Shown piece after piece: positions 10,133 to 18,877 of a DNA stretch of 64,000 nucleotides. Position 1 is the stretch's first letter. Each line of letters begins with the position of its first letter. This stretch comes from Candidatus Falkowbacteria bacterium (lineage in GTDB: Bacteria; Patescibacteriota; Patescibacteriia; UBA11705; JABHMO01). The notes under the pieces are model-generated. The model was not told the DNA's origin, searched no databases, and worked only from the letters and a program-made list of their open reading frames with translations. The translations under genes and the position numbers were made by a program. The stretch lies in the NCBI GenBank assembly GCA_018674305.1, contig JABHAL010000015.1, forward strand, positions 128,532-192,531. The letters run 5' to 3'.

Positions 10133-10238
10133 GTCATCCTCCACAGCGTTGGTTTCAATGAACAATATTTACTTTTAAATTTTTTAAAAATAAGTATTGT
10201 TATTGAAAATTGAGGGCAAGGTGCAAGCACCTTGCCCT
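10133..10238 (-). promoter_or_regulatory. Intergenic cassette (terminator, AT hairpin, boxA-like GTTCATTGAAAC, SD)
   Basis: Hairpin 10213-10238 and inverted repeat aacaatatttacttttaaa/tttaaaaataagtattgtt. Confidence 0.68.
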
Positions 10239-10243
10239 GTGAT

Positions 10244-10489
10244 TTATACTCTTCGCCCCTTCATTTTCTTTACCCACGGATGATCCGTGGCCAGGAAAAG
10301 GGTACAGACACCAATGACCGCAGCGGCCACAAAGGCACCAACGCTCCACTTTTCCTTTTCAGTGAAGGGAATGGGGTTTCCCTCCTCATCCTTGAAAGGC
10401 TGCCATGATCCCTTGATCAACAGCACCCCGCCAACAAGCAATGCAACGATCACTAAAACAAACAAAATACCAACAAAGTTCAACATCAC
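10244..10489 (-). CDS. Small 2-TM protein, HPWVKK family copy 1
   Basis: Paralog of 6038..6292. GGAGG SD. Confidence 0.8.
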   Translation of the reverse strand: MMLNFVGILFVLVIVALLVGGVLLIKGSWQPFKDEEGNPIPFTEKEKWSVGAFVAAAVIGVCTLFLATDHPWVKKMKGRRV

Positions 10490-10528
10490 ACCACCTCCAT
10501 TTGTTATGTGTGACTTACTAGTTGACCA

Positions 10529-10810
10529 TCAATCATCATCCTTTCCGAAAATCGCATCTCGACATCTTTTGTAAAGCGAATCAACGCCTCGCCTGGTAAG
10601 TTTACGCATTTCCTTGGCCGCAGTCTCCGCTTTTTGTTTTTTTATTTCTGCCTTTCTATCTGAAAAAGCAAAAAAGCTTCCCAGACCATTCATAAGCATT
10701 TCTTTGCCTAGATCAAAGGCAACTTCCACAGCCTCTTCTACAACTTCTTCCTGCTCACCGGACAACTTAATTTTGGCATCTTTTTCTTCTGTTTTATTTT
10801 TTTTCACCAC
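10529..10810 (-). CDS. Small hypothetical protein
   Basis: Overlaps the vWA gene stop and has an AGGAGG SD, consistent with translational coupling. Confidence 0.7.
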   Translation of the reverse strand: MVKKNKTEEKDAKIKLSGEQEEVVEEAVEVAFDLGKEMLMNGLGSFFAFSDRKAEIKKQKAETAAKEMRKLTRRGVDSLYKRCRDAIFGKDDD

Positions 10811-11654
10811 CGCCTCCTAAAAGTAAAAGCTTACTTTCCGCGGAAGCCGATAACAGATTTCGTTTTTTCTGTGTTTTTACGTATTCTTCCAAGTCGCCAG
10901 TCTTGTGAGCGCAAACTCCGATCAAAATCTGAACCAAATCATCAAGATCAGAATCACACATTTCAAGGTATTGTCCCTTCGTCTCTTTTGCAATTTCCTT
11001 GTAAAAGCCTTGCGTTTTGTAGAGTTTCTTGTACGCTAAGGCCCCTTCTTCAAAACAGAACATGGAATAAACCGTTACTCCAAGCTCAACAAGCTTATCG
11101 ATCTCGTCCTTGTAATTGAATTCATTCCGACAGTTAGAAACTGGGTCAACAACGCCATGCGGAGGCATATCTCCAATCAACACTACCATCCTGATTGAAC
11201 CAGGGGTCCACTCAACATCATGTGCTAAATGATGAAGAACACATTCCAGGGCAGAAAGACCATCACCACCGCCACCAGGCCGAACTTTTTCTATTTCAGT
11301 CTGAATATCTTGCGGATCGCTCAAAAAATCGGTAGCCGAGAAAGCACGAACTCCATCAAAATGCCTTTCTTCATCGCCATGATTCTTGTAAGCAATGTAG
11401 CAGAAACGAGCCTTAGGATTTGTTTCACTCACTTCTTTCACGATCCGAGCAATTGCCTTTTTTCCTCGGTCAAAGTAACCCCACATACTAGCAGTAGTAT
11501 CAAAGGCAAAAGCAACCTCCAAAATTCCCTTTCCAGGCGTTTTACCAGTAGAACCAAATCGCTTTGATTCTCTGGTTTTGGCCAAGCCTCGTCTTTCGCC
11601 AAGTTTGGTTAAACCACCAGCTCCTGAAGTTGGACGTTTAATAATATTTGCCAT
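10794..11654 (-). CDS. von Willebrand factor A domain protein (VwkA-like subtype)
   Basis: MIDAS FAFDTTASM, GGGGDG..AL and VLIGDMPPHG motifs. Confidence 0.88.
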   Translation of the reverse strand: MANIIKRPTSGAGGLTKLGERRGLAKTRESKRFGSTGKTPGKGILEVAFAFDTTASMWGYFDRGKKAIARIVKEVSETNPKARFCYIAYKNHGDEERHFDGVRAFSATDFLSDPQDIQTEIEKVRPGGGGDGLSALECVLHHLAHDVEWTPGSIRMVVLIGDMPPHGVVDPVSNCRNEFNYKDEIDKLVELGVTVYSMFCFEEGALAYKKLYKTQGFYKEIAKETKGQYLEMCDSDLDDLVQILIGVCAHKTGDLEEYVKTQKKRNLLSASAESKLLLLGGGGEKK

Positions 11655-11665
11655 TGTCTCCTCCT

Positions 11666-12628
11666 TTATAATGTTTTGTCGTAATCAGCACGTTGTTGAG
11701 CATCTTTCAATATTTGATAAGCTTCATTAACATTTTGAAATTTTTCATCGAAAGCTTTCTCGATCTGAGCTCTAACATCAGGATCACTGACTTTATTCAT
11801 CTCTGCAGTCTTCACGTCGGGATGATATTTTTTTGCCATTTTCCGATATGCTGATTTGATTTCATTGGAGGTCGCAGATGGCTGAATTCCCAAAATATCG
11901 TAATAATTCTTTCTTGGGCCTTTGGATGAAGTCCCACTGTTTGAACTACCACCAGAAGAACTCCCCGCCAAATAATCTCGCAAAGTAACTTCTTCTTCCA
12001 ACAACTTATCATAAAGCTCAAGCAAAGAAGTCATATCACCAAAATCAAAGCGTGATGCTTTGTAATCATTAAAGTCGGCTTCAATCTCAGACAAGGTCAC
12101 CAAATCATCGTCAGTTTCTGCTCTTTCTCCTGCCTGAATAAGTAACTCGAAGCAAGTTGCCAACAAATCATCGGTCTTTTTGTAAAGCTCAGCAAATTCA
12201 GGGAACTTTTTTCTCGTTTTCTGAATTTTGAGTCGTAAAGGAATAAAGTCAAAACCTTGCTCCCTTACCTGATCCAAGAAATCTTCAGCCGTTTCATCAA
12301 TAACAGCTTCCAACGGCAGAAGATGCTTGAAGGGTTCTTTGATTCTTTTTTTTCTTGCTCGAAATTGACCAAGCTCTTTCTTTAAAATTTTTGATTGCTC
12401 CTTCTTTGCAATTGCCGGGATAAGTTGTGGTAACAAAGAGAAAATGCCAAACAATATCGCTGACTGCCAGCCATCTCGACCATGTATAATTGGTCTCGCA
12501 CCACTTCCATTCTTCATCGCCCGAATGCCACTCTTGTCAAAAACAGTAGGATGGCTACGAACAATAATTCTGATCCCTATCCAAACTAGTAAAATAACGC
12601 CTAAAAATAGCAAAATTTTATATAACAT
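11666..12628 (-). CDS. Membrane-anchored protein with C-terminal DnaJ (J) domain
   Basis: NYYDILGI...IKSAYRKMAKKYHPD...F..VNEAY.IL.D..R..YD; N-terminal TM helices. Confidence 0.9.
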   Translation of the reverse strand: MLYKILLFLGVILLVWIGIRIIVRSHPTVFDKSGIRAMKNGSGARPIIHGRDGWQSAILFGIFSLLPQLIPAIAKKEQSKILKKELGQFRARKKRIKEPFKHLLPLEAVIDETAEDFLDQVREQGFDFIPLRLKIQKTRKKFPEFAELYKKTDDLLATCFELLIQAGERAETDDDLVTLSEIEADFNDYKASRFDFGDMTSLLELYDKLLEEEVTLRDYLAGSSSGGSSNSGTSSKGPRKNYYDILGIQPSATSNEIKSAYRKMAKKYHPDVKTAEMNKVSDPDVRAQIEKAFDEKFQNVNEAYQILKDAQQRADYDKTL

Positions 12629-12683
12629 TTAGGCCTCCACGAGCATATATTTTAAATGAACAATTGACAGTATATTCAATTTA

Positions 12684-12711
12684 ACCATACTACTTCTGAC
12701 TAATTTGTCAA
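12684..12711 (-). promoter_or_regulatory. Sigma70-type promoter for the J-domain/vWA/paralog locus
   Basis: TTGACA-N16-TATGGT, then a small hairpin, boxA-like GTTCATTTAAAA and GGAGG. Confidence 0.55.
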
Positions 12712-12784
12712 CCCTCAAAACAAACCAAATTTTTTGATTCGTTAGAAAAGGGAGGACAGCATTTGAAACTGTCCTCGTAGTTTC

Positions 12785-12991
12785 TTACCGAAATCCCATA
12801 AAGAAACCATCATCAATACTGTTGCAATGCTTGCATTCACCGTTTCTACCTTCAGGATAGAGGAACGGGGTCATTTCACGCTTACACCGGTGACAAAACC
12901 TCTTTGAACTCTCTTTTTTCTCCTTAACACCCAAACACGTGCAAAGAGTTTTCAGATAGTGACAATTCTTACACAATAGTAAATATCCCAT
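12785..12991 (-). CDS. Small Cys-rich zinc-ribbon protein
   Basis: Three CxxC motifs plus a CxC. Start MGYLLLC after AAGGAG. Confidence 0.6.
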   Translation of the reverse strand: MGYLLLCKNCHYLKTLCTCLGVKEKKESSKRFCHRCKREMTPFLYPEGRNGECKHCNSIDDGFFMGFR

Positions 12992-13230
12992 GTTTTCTCC
13001 TTTGTTAAAATTATCAATTATCTCCATCTATTCAAATTATACGTCTAAATAACTATGAAATATACTGAAAAACTTACGAAAGAGAACAATGCGTAAATTT
13101 AGCAAAATCATCCAAACATATAATCAATAATACTCATTTCTATTGACATTAAATTAAATTTATGTTAAGGTTGTTGGTCTAATCAGCAATGATTAATTGA
13201 ATTTTGAAAACTATAACCCAAGGAGGAAAC

Positions 13231-14193
13231 ATGTTTTTTCAGGCTGAATTTTCTCAGTTGATCCCCTGGCCCAAGAAAACTGCCGGACAATGGTTCAGAA
13301 ATCTTTCTGGAAATAGTAAGCTGGGTTATCAGCTCTATTCCGCAATGCGTCACGTACTAGGAATCTTTCCTCTTTTGAGCGTGAACAAGGTTATTCTGTT
13401 TAGGGTTAATGGTGCAGATATACCATTTCCAAAAAACAGCGAAGGTGTTCAGTTGTCACAATTGTTCAACCTGATTGGCCAGGCAGAAGATCAAAATGAT
13501 AACCCTCTACAACTTCGAGTCATCCTCACGCAGTTCAATGCGCCTCTGAGCATCACATACAATGTGCATATTTGCATTGATGACGGTGCTTGCCGAATCA
13601 GTATTCATACGCACGGTCAGATGCAATTGCCAACGCTTGACGGCCATGAACAGTTTGTACAGAAAATCAAACTGTGCCTACCCGAATACGCGCACGCTGG
13701 GCTTCTCAGGTTTGGCGACTGCCAAGTCGCTCTGGTTTCCAACTTCAATCAGCTCTACGGAACAAGAATTGAGGCTGGATATCAGACCGTTGGGATTGTT
13801 CCCAATCTAAAGGTCAAGGCAAAGTCTTTTTACGAAAGGGACTTTTCCAATCAAGCGAACTTCGAGTGTTACGCACCACCGGTTTACCAAACACTTGGGA
13901 CATCACCACCATATATTCTGGACGGCATTGACCCGTTCGAGTATTTGTTCTGGTTCCTATCGCTTGATCATCTAATTCTAGGAATTGATCCAAACGATCT
14001 ACTGTACCACGACCCAGCTGGTAATGCTGTTACTATGGAAGATGCACAAACAGCGTTGGATGAATTCAACCAGCAGTCCCCTACGGAATTCATGCGCACA
14101 CGTATCGAAGCTGGTGAACACGCCAGACTGAATCCAGTCGTTGGCAAGCCACCACATCTCAAGCTGGTGTCTAGCAACGGCGAAGAGACGTAG
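13231..14193 (+). CDS. Hypothetical protein
   Basis: Long ORF with AGGAGG SD before ATG 13231 and TTGACA at ~13143. Confidence 0.75.
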   Translation: MFFQAEFSQLIPWPKKTAGQWFRNLSGNSKLGYQLYSAMRHVLGIFPLLSVNKVILFRVNGADIPFPKNSEGVQLSQLFNLIGQAEDQNDNPLQLRVILTQFNAPLSITYNVHICIDDGACRISIHTHGQMQLPTLDGHEQFVQKIKLCLPEYAHAGLLRFGDCQVALVSNFNQLYGTRIEAGYQTVGIVPNLKVKAKSFYERDFSNQANFECYAPPVYQTLGTSPPYILDGIDPFEYLFWFLSLDHLILGIDPNDLLYHDPAGNAVTMEDAQTALDEFNQQSPTEFMRTRIEAGEHARLNPVVGKPPHLKLVSSNGEET

Positions 14194-14201
14194 ACAAACA
14201 C

Positions 14202-14234
14202 AAATCCCACTATTCACGAATAGTGGGATTTTTT
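14202..14234. terminator. Bidirectional intrinsic terminator
   Basis: AATCCCACTATTC-AC-GAATAGTGGGATT with a T tract, between convergent genes. Confidence 0.8.
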
Positions 14235-14235
14235 A

Positions 14236-14796
14236 TTACACAGAAAACTTCTTGCGAAAAGATTTTTCCAAAGCGGATTCATCATCCCGTTCCATTAACG
14301 CTGTAAAAATATGAATGGCAGCTTTATCGCTTGGATCCACAATATTTGGATAAAATGAAAAAACGTTCTCACAAGTTATCGCATTTGCTTCAATTATGCC
14401 TAGAATCACTTCTTTTCCAAATTCCCGTACCTCAGAAGGTCCCATCCTAATTAATGATGCAGCCTGATCAATATCAAGCATACTTGAGTATACACTTCTT
14501 AAAATCTGCAGAGCCCAACCTATATTATCAGATGTTTTGAACGCATCTAAATAACTAATAAGAACTTCTGCTGATAGTTCAACACCAAACTTATCTGCAA
14601 GAATTTCTCTTATAATTGCTCTGTCTTCAAGCCCTTCAGATTCATCCTTTTCATAGGCTGGTTCAAAAGATAATAGCAATTCCATTAAATGCTTAAAATT
14701 GTACTTTCTTTTATCAATTGACAAAGCCAACTCGGTGGCTCGATCAGAATCTGCTCGGTTCATCTGAACAAGAACTCCAACAAAATCGTTTCCCAT
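14236..14796 (-). CDS. Hypothetical helical protein
   Basis: ORF with GAGGAGG SD before MGNDF. Confidence 0.7.
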   Translation of the reverse strand: MGNDFVGVLVQMNRADSDRATELALSIDKRKYNFKHLMELLLSFEPAYEKDESEGLEDRAIIREILADKFGVELSAEVLISYLDAFKTSDNIGWALQILRSVYSSMLDIDQAASLIRMGPSEVREFGKEVILGIIEANAITCENVFSFYPNIVDPSDKAAIHIFTALMERDDESALEKSFRKKFSV

Positions 14797-14905
14797 GACA
14801 TCCTCCTCGTTTGGATTCGCGATTTTCACGAATATTTAAACTTAACAAAAGAAAACCCCAGTGTCAATAGGAGTTTTCTTTAATCTTAAAACTTTACTCT
14901 TCTAA

Positions 14906-15862
14906 CTACTTATCCCAACAAAAATTATTCCCGAAATGGCCAAACTCAGCAGTTTGTTCAAATTGAGGCTTTTTCAACTCTAATAAAGTAATAATCCCTT
15001 TAGGAGTTAAATCATAACCTTGTACATTCTCTTTGCGACCATCAATTTCCACAGTCGCCATTACCGGTTCAGCTACTCCAATTGAATAAGCTAAATGGCA
15101 AATAACTTCTTTGGCATTATTTTTTTGTAAATAATCAACAGCAATTTTTCTGGCCATGTAAGCAGCGGAACGATCGACTTTGGACGGATCCTTGCCTGAA
15201 AATGCACCACCTCCGATAGGAATTCGTGGACCATAGTTATCCACAATCAATTTCCGACCAGTTACACCAGCATCTGCCTCAAATCCTCCTTGTGACCAAT
15301 CACCAGCTGGATTAACATAAATTTTAAGGTTTTCACTTACATTTTTGTCTTTTAACCATTCTTCAACCAGCCCCTTCATTTCTTCTGCTCGAGCATGCTG
15401 AAAGCTGGCCACGACAGTTGAAATTAAATTGTTTTCTAATGTAATTTGAGTTTTGCCATCAGTTTTGTATTTAGAAAATAATACTCGACACAAATCACGT
15501 GAAAGCTTTACCTCCAAAGGAATTAATTCCGGAGTTTCACTGCAAGCATATCCAACCATGATTCCCTGGTCACCAGCACCACCCGGATCAACTCCTCGGG
15601 CAATATCTGGAGATTGCTGAACTAAATTGACACTAACTTGATATTGATCTCCAGCAATTCGTTTAGCAATTTTTTCCGCATCAAAAACCGCACCGGAAGT
15701 AATCTCTCCGGTAATTGTAATAACTCCATGCCCCCCCATTGTCTCTACTGCAACCCGTGAATGTGGGTCTTGCGATAAACAAATATCTAAAATAGCATCG
15801 GAAACACGATCACAAATTTTGTCTGGGTGCATTGGTGAAACTGACTCTGCTGTACGTAACAT
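14906..15862 (-). CDS. metK: S-adenosylmethionine synthetase (compact form)
   Basis: ESV..HPDKICD, GAGDQG, GGGAFSGKDPSKVDRSAAY, GHFG. Confidence 0.97.
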   Translation of the reverse strand: MLRTAESVSPMHPDKICDRVSDAILDICLSQDPHSRVAVETMGGHGVITITGEITSGAVFDAEKIAKRIAGDQYQVSVNLVQQSPDIARGVDPGGAGDQGIMVGYACSETPELIPLEVKLSRDLCRVLFSKYKTDGKTQITLENNLISTVVASFQHARAEEMKGLVEEWLKDKNVSENLKIYVNPAGDWSQGGFEADAGVTGRKLIVDNYGPRIPIGGGAFSGKDPSKVDRSAAYMARKIAVDYLQKNNAKEVICHLAYSIGVAEPVMATVEIDGRKENVQGYDLTPKGIITLLELKKPQFEQTAEFGHFGNNFCWDK

Positions 15863-15925
15863 AAATTCTTTGGCCGCGATGTAACCAGAAATAGTTTTTG
15901 GTTTTGTTGCAGCTTAATACTTAAA

Positions 15926-16074
15926 TAAAAAATACTCTTTCATCACGAAAAAGTATAATAATTGAATAATTATTTATCTTTCCCGTGCTGGGCTAGAATT
16001 GACACCTTCTTGAATTACCTTCAAGGGTTGTCGACAGGTCATCGGGCTATATCCCTCACTGTACTCTTGATAAA
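15926..16074 (-). promoter_or_regulatory. SAM-I riboswitch (aptamer ~15974-16074) with terminator, upstream of metK
   Basis: Minus strand TTATCAAGAG..GAGGGA..GCCCGATGA..GACAACC..AAGGTGTCAATTC..GAAAGATAA, then hairpin TACTTTTTC..GAAAGAGTA-TTTTT. Confidence 0.92.
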
Positions 16075-16118
16075 TGGTTAAATTGTATATATATAATATT
16101 ACACTAAAATTAATTTTA

Positions 16119-16877
16119 TTACAAATTTTTTAAATGATGCATAATAATCGCTGCGGCACTGGCAACATTAAGCGATTCCATATTTGAGCTGATTTTTATT
16201 TTAATAAATTCGTCTGTGCGACTCTTTATTTCATCATCAATGCCACGTGATTCATTTCCCAAGACTAAGCAGTAATTATTTTTCACCTTTATTTCTTCAA
16301 GATTATGAGCTTTTTGATTCAATAAAGACGCTAATACTTTGAGCTTTTTCATTTTGAGTAAATCAAGGAGTTTTGATCCTTCATCTTGCTCGATATTTAA
16401 TTTAAATATAGCACCTTTGCTAGCCTGAATGGTTTTACTATTGTAAATATCAGCGCAAAGTTCATCCACAATAATATTCTTGTAACCAAAGGCAACAGCA
16501 CTACGAAGGATTGCTCCCAGGTTACCAGGATCATTAATTGCATTTAAATAAATCACCGGGTCTTTAAGATTAGTTTTAGTTTCAACTTTAGCAAAAACTG
16601 CGCAAATGCCCTGTGGGGTTTCAAGTTCTGAAAAACTTTTGTAAACCTTTTTGTCAACTAAATAATAGTCCAACTTGAGCTCAGTAAATTCTTTATTGTA
16701 TTTATCTAAAAAGTCTTGGGTGACTATAACTTGCTCCGGTTTTATTTTTCCTGCAATAGCTTCACTAATTATTTTTAAGTTTTCTACCTTGAACAACGCC
16801 AACTGTTCTCTATATTTCTTGAGCTTAAGTTTACGTAATAGTTTAATTTTTTCATTGTCCTTGCTGGTAATAGCCAT
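16119..16877 (-). CDS. TrmH/SpoU family RNA methyltransferase
   Basis: DPGNLGAILRSA, LGNESRGI, ESLNVASAAAI. Confidence 0.93.
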   Translation of the reverse strand: MAITSKDNEKIKLLRKLKLKKYREQLALFKVENLKIISEAIAGKIKPEQVIVTQDFLDKYNKEFTELKLDYYLVDKKVYKSFSELETPQGICAVFAKVETKTNLKDPVIYLNAINDPGNLGAILRSAVAFGYKNIIVDELCADIYNSKTIQASKGAIFKLNIEQDEGSKLLDLLKMKKLKVLASLLNQKAHNLEEIKVKNNYCLVLGNESRGIDDEIKSRTDEFIKIKISSNMESLNVASAAAIIMHHLKNL

Positions 16878-16912
16878 ATAAATAGTGTTATAATATAATA
16901 AATATAAACATT

Positions 16913-17500
16913 ATGAAAAGTAAAAAATTAATTCCAGTATTATTAATAATTCTAGCAATTCCCTTTGTCACTTTTGCTTTTTCCTGGAAAAGCATGCTTT
17001 TCTGGCAAAAGCCAGTTATCGTCGAACCAATTGCAGAATTAAATCCAGTAGAAATATTAAATGCCAATGAAAAATATTCAAACTGGGAAAAAGCGTTCAA
17101 TAAAACCAATCTTAATCTAGTTACCACTAATCCACAAAACCTAACTCTCTCCGAGTCTGAACTAAATTACATGGTCAAGAAAAGTTTAGCTACTTTAAAA
17201 AATCCACCGATTCAGGATCTAAAAATAGACTTATTGGAGGGTGAAGTAGAAATATCTGGATATTTACTGTCTCCATTTAGAGGGAGCATAAGTGCTATTG
17301 TTAAGCCCGTCTATAGCTTGGGTAAATTATCACCAGAAGTCACTAAAGTTCGTTTCAAAAAATTGTACTTTCCAAAAAGATTGGCCAACCGTTTATTATC
17401 AAAACAGCTCGAACCTTCATTAAACTTGCTGTACTCAGATTCTAGTTTGAAGGATTTACAGATTATTATTAGAAATGATCGAATACAAATAAAATTATAA
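16913..17500 (+). CDS. Secreted or membrane-anchored hypothetical protein
   Basis: N-terminal signal/TM segment and an 'LSESELN' lipid-binding-like motif. Confidence 0.7.
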   Translation: MKSKKLIPVLLIILAIPFVTFAFSWKSMLFWQKPVIVEPIAELNPVEILNANEKYSNWEKAFNKTNLNLVTTNPQNLTLSESELNYMVKKSLATLKNPPIQDLKIDLLEGEVEISGYLLSPFRGSISAIVKPVYSLGKLSPEVTKVRFKKLYFPKRLANRLLSKQLEPSLNLLYSDSSLKDLQIIIRNDRIQIKL

Positions 17501-17534
17501 GCAATATATTTCAAAAAGGCTTTAGGGCCTTTTT

Positions 17535-17975
17535 TTATTTAAGCTTTTCATTCAAAGTTTCAACATCGCCAACCACCCAACGGTTTATTTCATTTTGATC
17601 TTTGTCTATTTGAATAAATGTTGAAGTATGTTCAACTGAGTATTTTTGTTTTAGATTTTCTTCCTTTGCATAATCCACTTTTAAGACCACAGCCTTGTCT
17701 GGGATGTCTGATTGTTGTAAATCAAACTTGGTATCAGCAGTCACTGAATACGGATCCCAAGGAGCATAAAAAAACAAAACTACTTTTTTGCCTAAATCTA
17801 CCTCTCTCCCTAAAACTGTTGGAGAATAATCCAGATACTTAACTGTTTTATCTGTAATAACTAATTCTTTGGTTTCACCAGAGTTGGTTTTGAGTTTAAC
17901 GGTTTTTTGACCACAACCGGTTATAGAAAACAACATGATCAAAATTAATATTGTAAGTAAGAAATTTTTTTTCAT
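17535..17975 (-). CDS. Thioredoxin-fold lipoprotein lacking CxxC
   Basis: Lipobox ITGC. VVLFFYAPWDPYS stands where WCxxC is expected; KVDY...LKQKY.V...TFIQID. Confidence 0.75.
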   Translation of the reverse strand: MKKNFLLTILILIMLFSITGCGQKTVKLKTNSGETKELVITDKTVKYLDYSPTVLGREVDLGKKVVLFFYAPWDPYSVTADTKFDLQQSDIPDKAVVLKVDYAKEENLKQKYSVEHTSTFIQIDKDQNEINRWVVGDVETLNEKLK

Positions 17976-17978
17976 AGA

Positions 17979-18872
17979 TTAAGCCATCTTTCTCAGTTTT
18001 TTTATTCTTTCTTCAATTGGTGGATGGGTTGAAAATAGTTTTTTAACTTTTGTTCCGGAAAAAGGATTTGCAATGTAGAGATGTGCAGTTGCTTTCGAAG
18101 CTCGAGCTAAAGGCTTATTTTCATAAGCAATCTTTTCTAACGCGCTAGCTAACCCTTCTGGATACCTAGTCAAAAGTGAGGCTGAAGCGTCAGCTAAATA
18201 TTCTCTTTTCCGAGAAATAGCAAACTTTATAAGCTGGGCAATTATTGGAGAAAGGACTATAAAAACTAAGCCAATGATTATTAAAGCCGGATGACCACCC
18301 TTATTGCTACGTGAACGACCACGACCACCCCAAATACTTATCCGCATAAACCAATCTGCCAAGATTGCGATTGCACCAACCAAAACCGTTACTAACATCA
18401 TAAAACGAATATCATAATTACCAACGTGAGATAACTCATGAGCAATTACCCCTTCTAACTCTTCATTTTCCAACTTTTCAATTGCTCCCTTGGTAACTGC
18501 GATTGAAGCTAATTCTGGTTTTCGTCCCGTAGCAAAAGCATTAATTGACGGATCATCGATCAAATAAACTTTTGGTGCTGGCAGGCCAGCTGTAATACAA
18601 AGATTTTCTACCATTCGATAAACATATGGATTGTCCGTTTTTTGAATTTCTTTTGCGCCAGAAGCTGACAAGGCTATCTTGTCTCCTTTGAAATATGAAA
18701 CACTGGTCATTAATAATGAAAACCCAACAGCTATAATCATTCCAAGGTACGGAACTTGGCCTTGGCCACCATATATATAATCATAAGCATAGCCAACACC
18801 AAGCAGAACTGCGAAAAAAATCACAATCAAGAACATTGAATTTCTTTTGTTGGAGTCTATCTGGTTGTACAT
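17979..18872 (-). CDS. htpX: M48 zinc metalloprotease HtpX
   Basis: NAFATG, GVIAHELSH, SRKREYLAD, FSTHPP.EERI. Confidence 0.95.
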   Translation of the reverse strand: MYNQIDSNKRNSMFLIVIFFAVLLGVGYAYDYIYGGQGQVPYLGMIIAVGFSLLMTSVSYFKGDKIALSASGAKEIQKTDNPYVYRMVENLCITAGLPAPKVYLIDDPSINAFATGRKPELASIAVTKGAIEKLENEELEGVIAHELSHVGNYDIRFMMLVTVLVGAIAILADWFMRISIWGGRGRSRSNKGGHPALIIIGLVFIVLSPIIAQLIKFAISRKREYLADASASLLTRYPEGLASALEKIAYENKPLARASKATAHLYIANPFSGTKVKKLFSTHPPIEERIKKLRKMA

Positions 18873-18877
18873 ATATT

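Noticed and set aside
3453-10238. Intergenic repeats as integron attC sites or a CRISPR array
   Set aside because: No consistent RYYYAAC/GTTRRRY ends, no intI or cas genes, and the spacing is gene-sized. The hairpins have U tracts like terminators.
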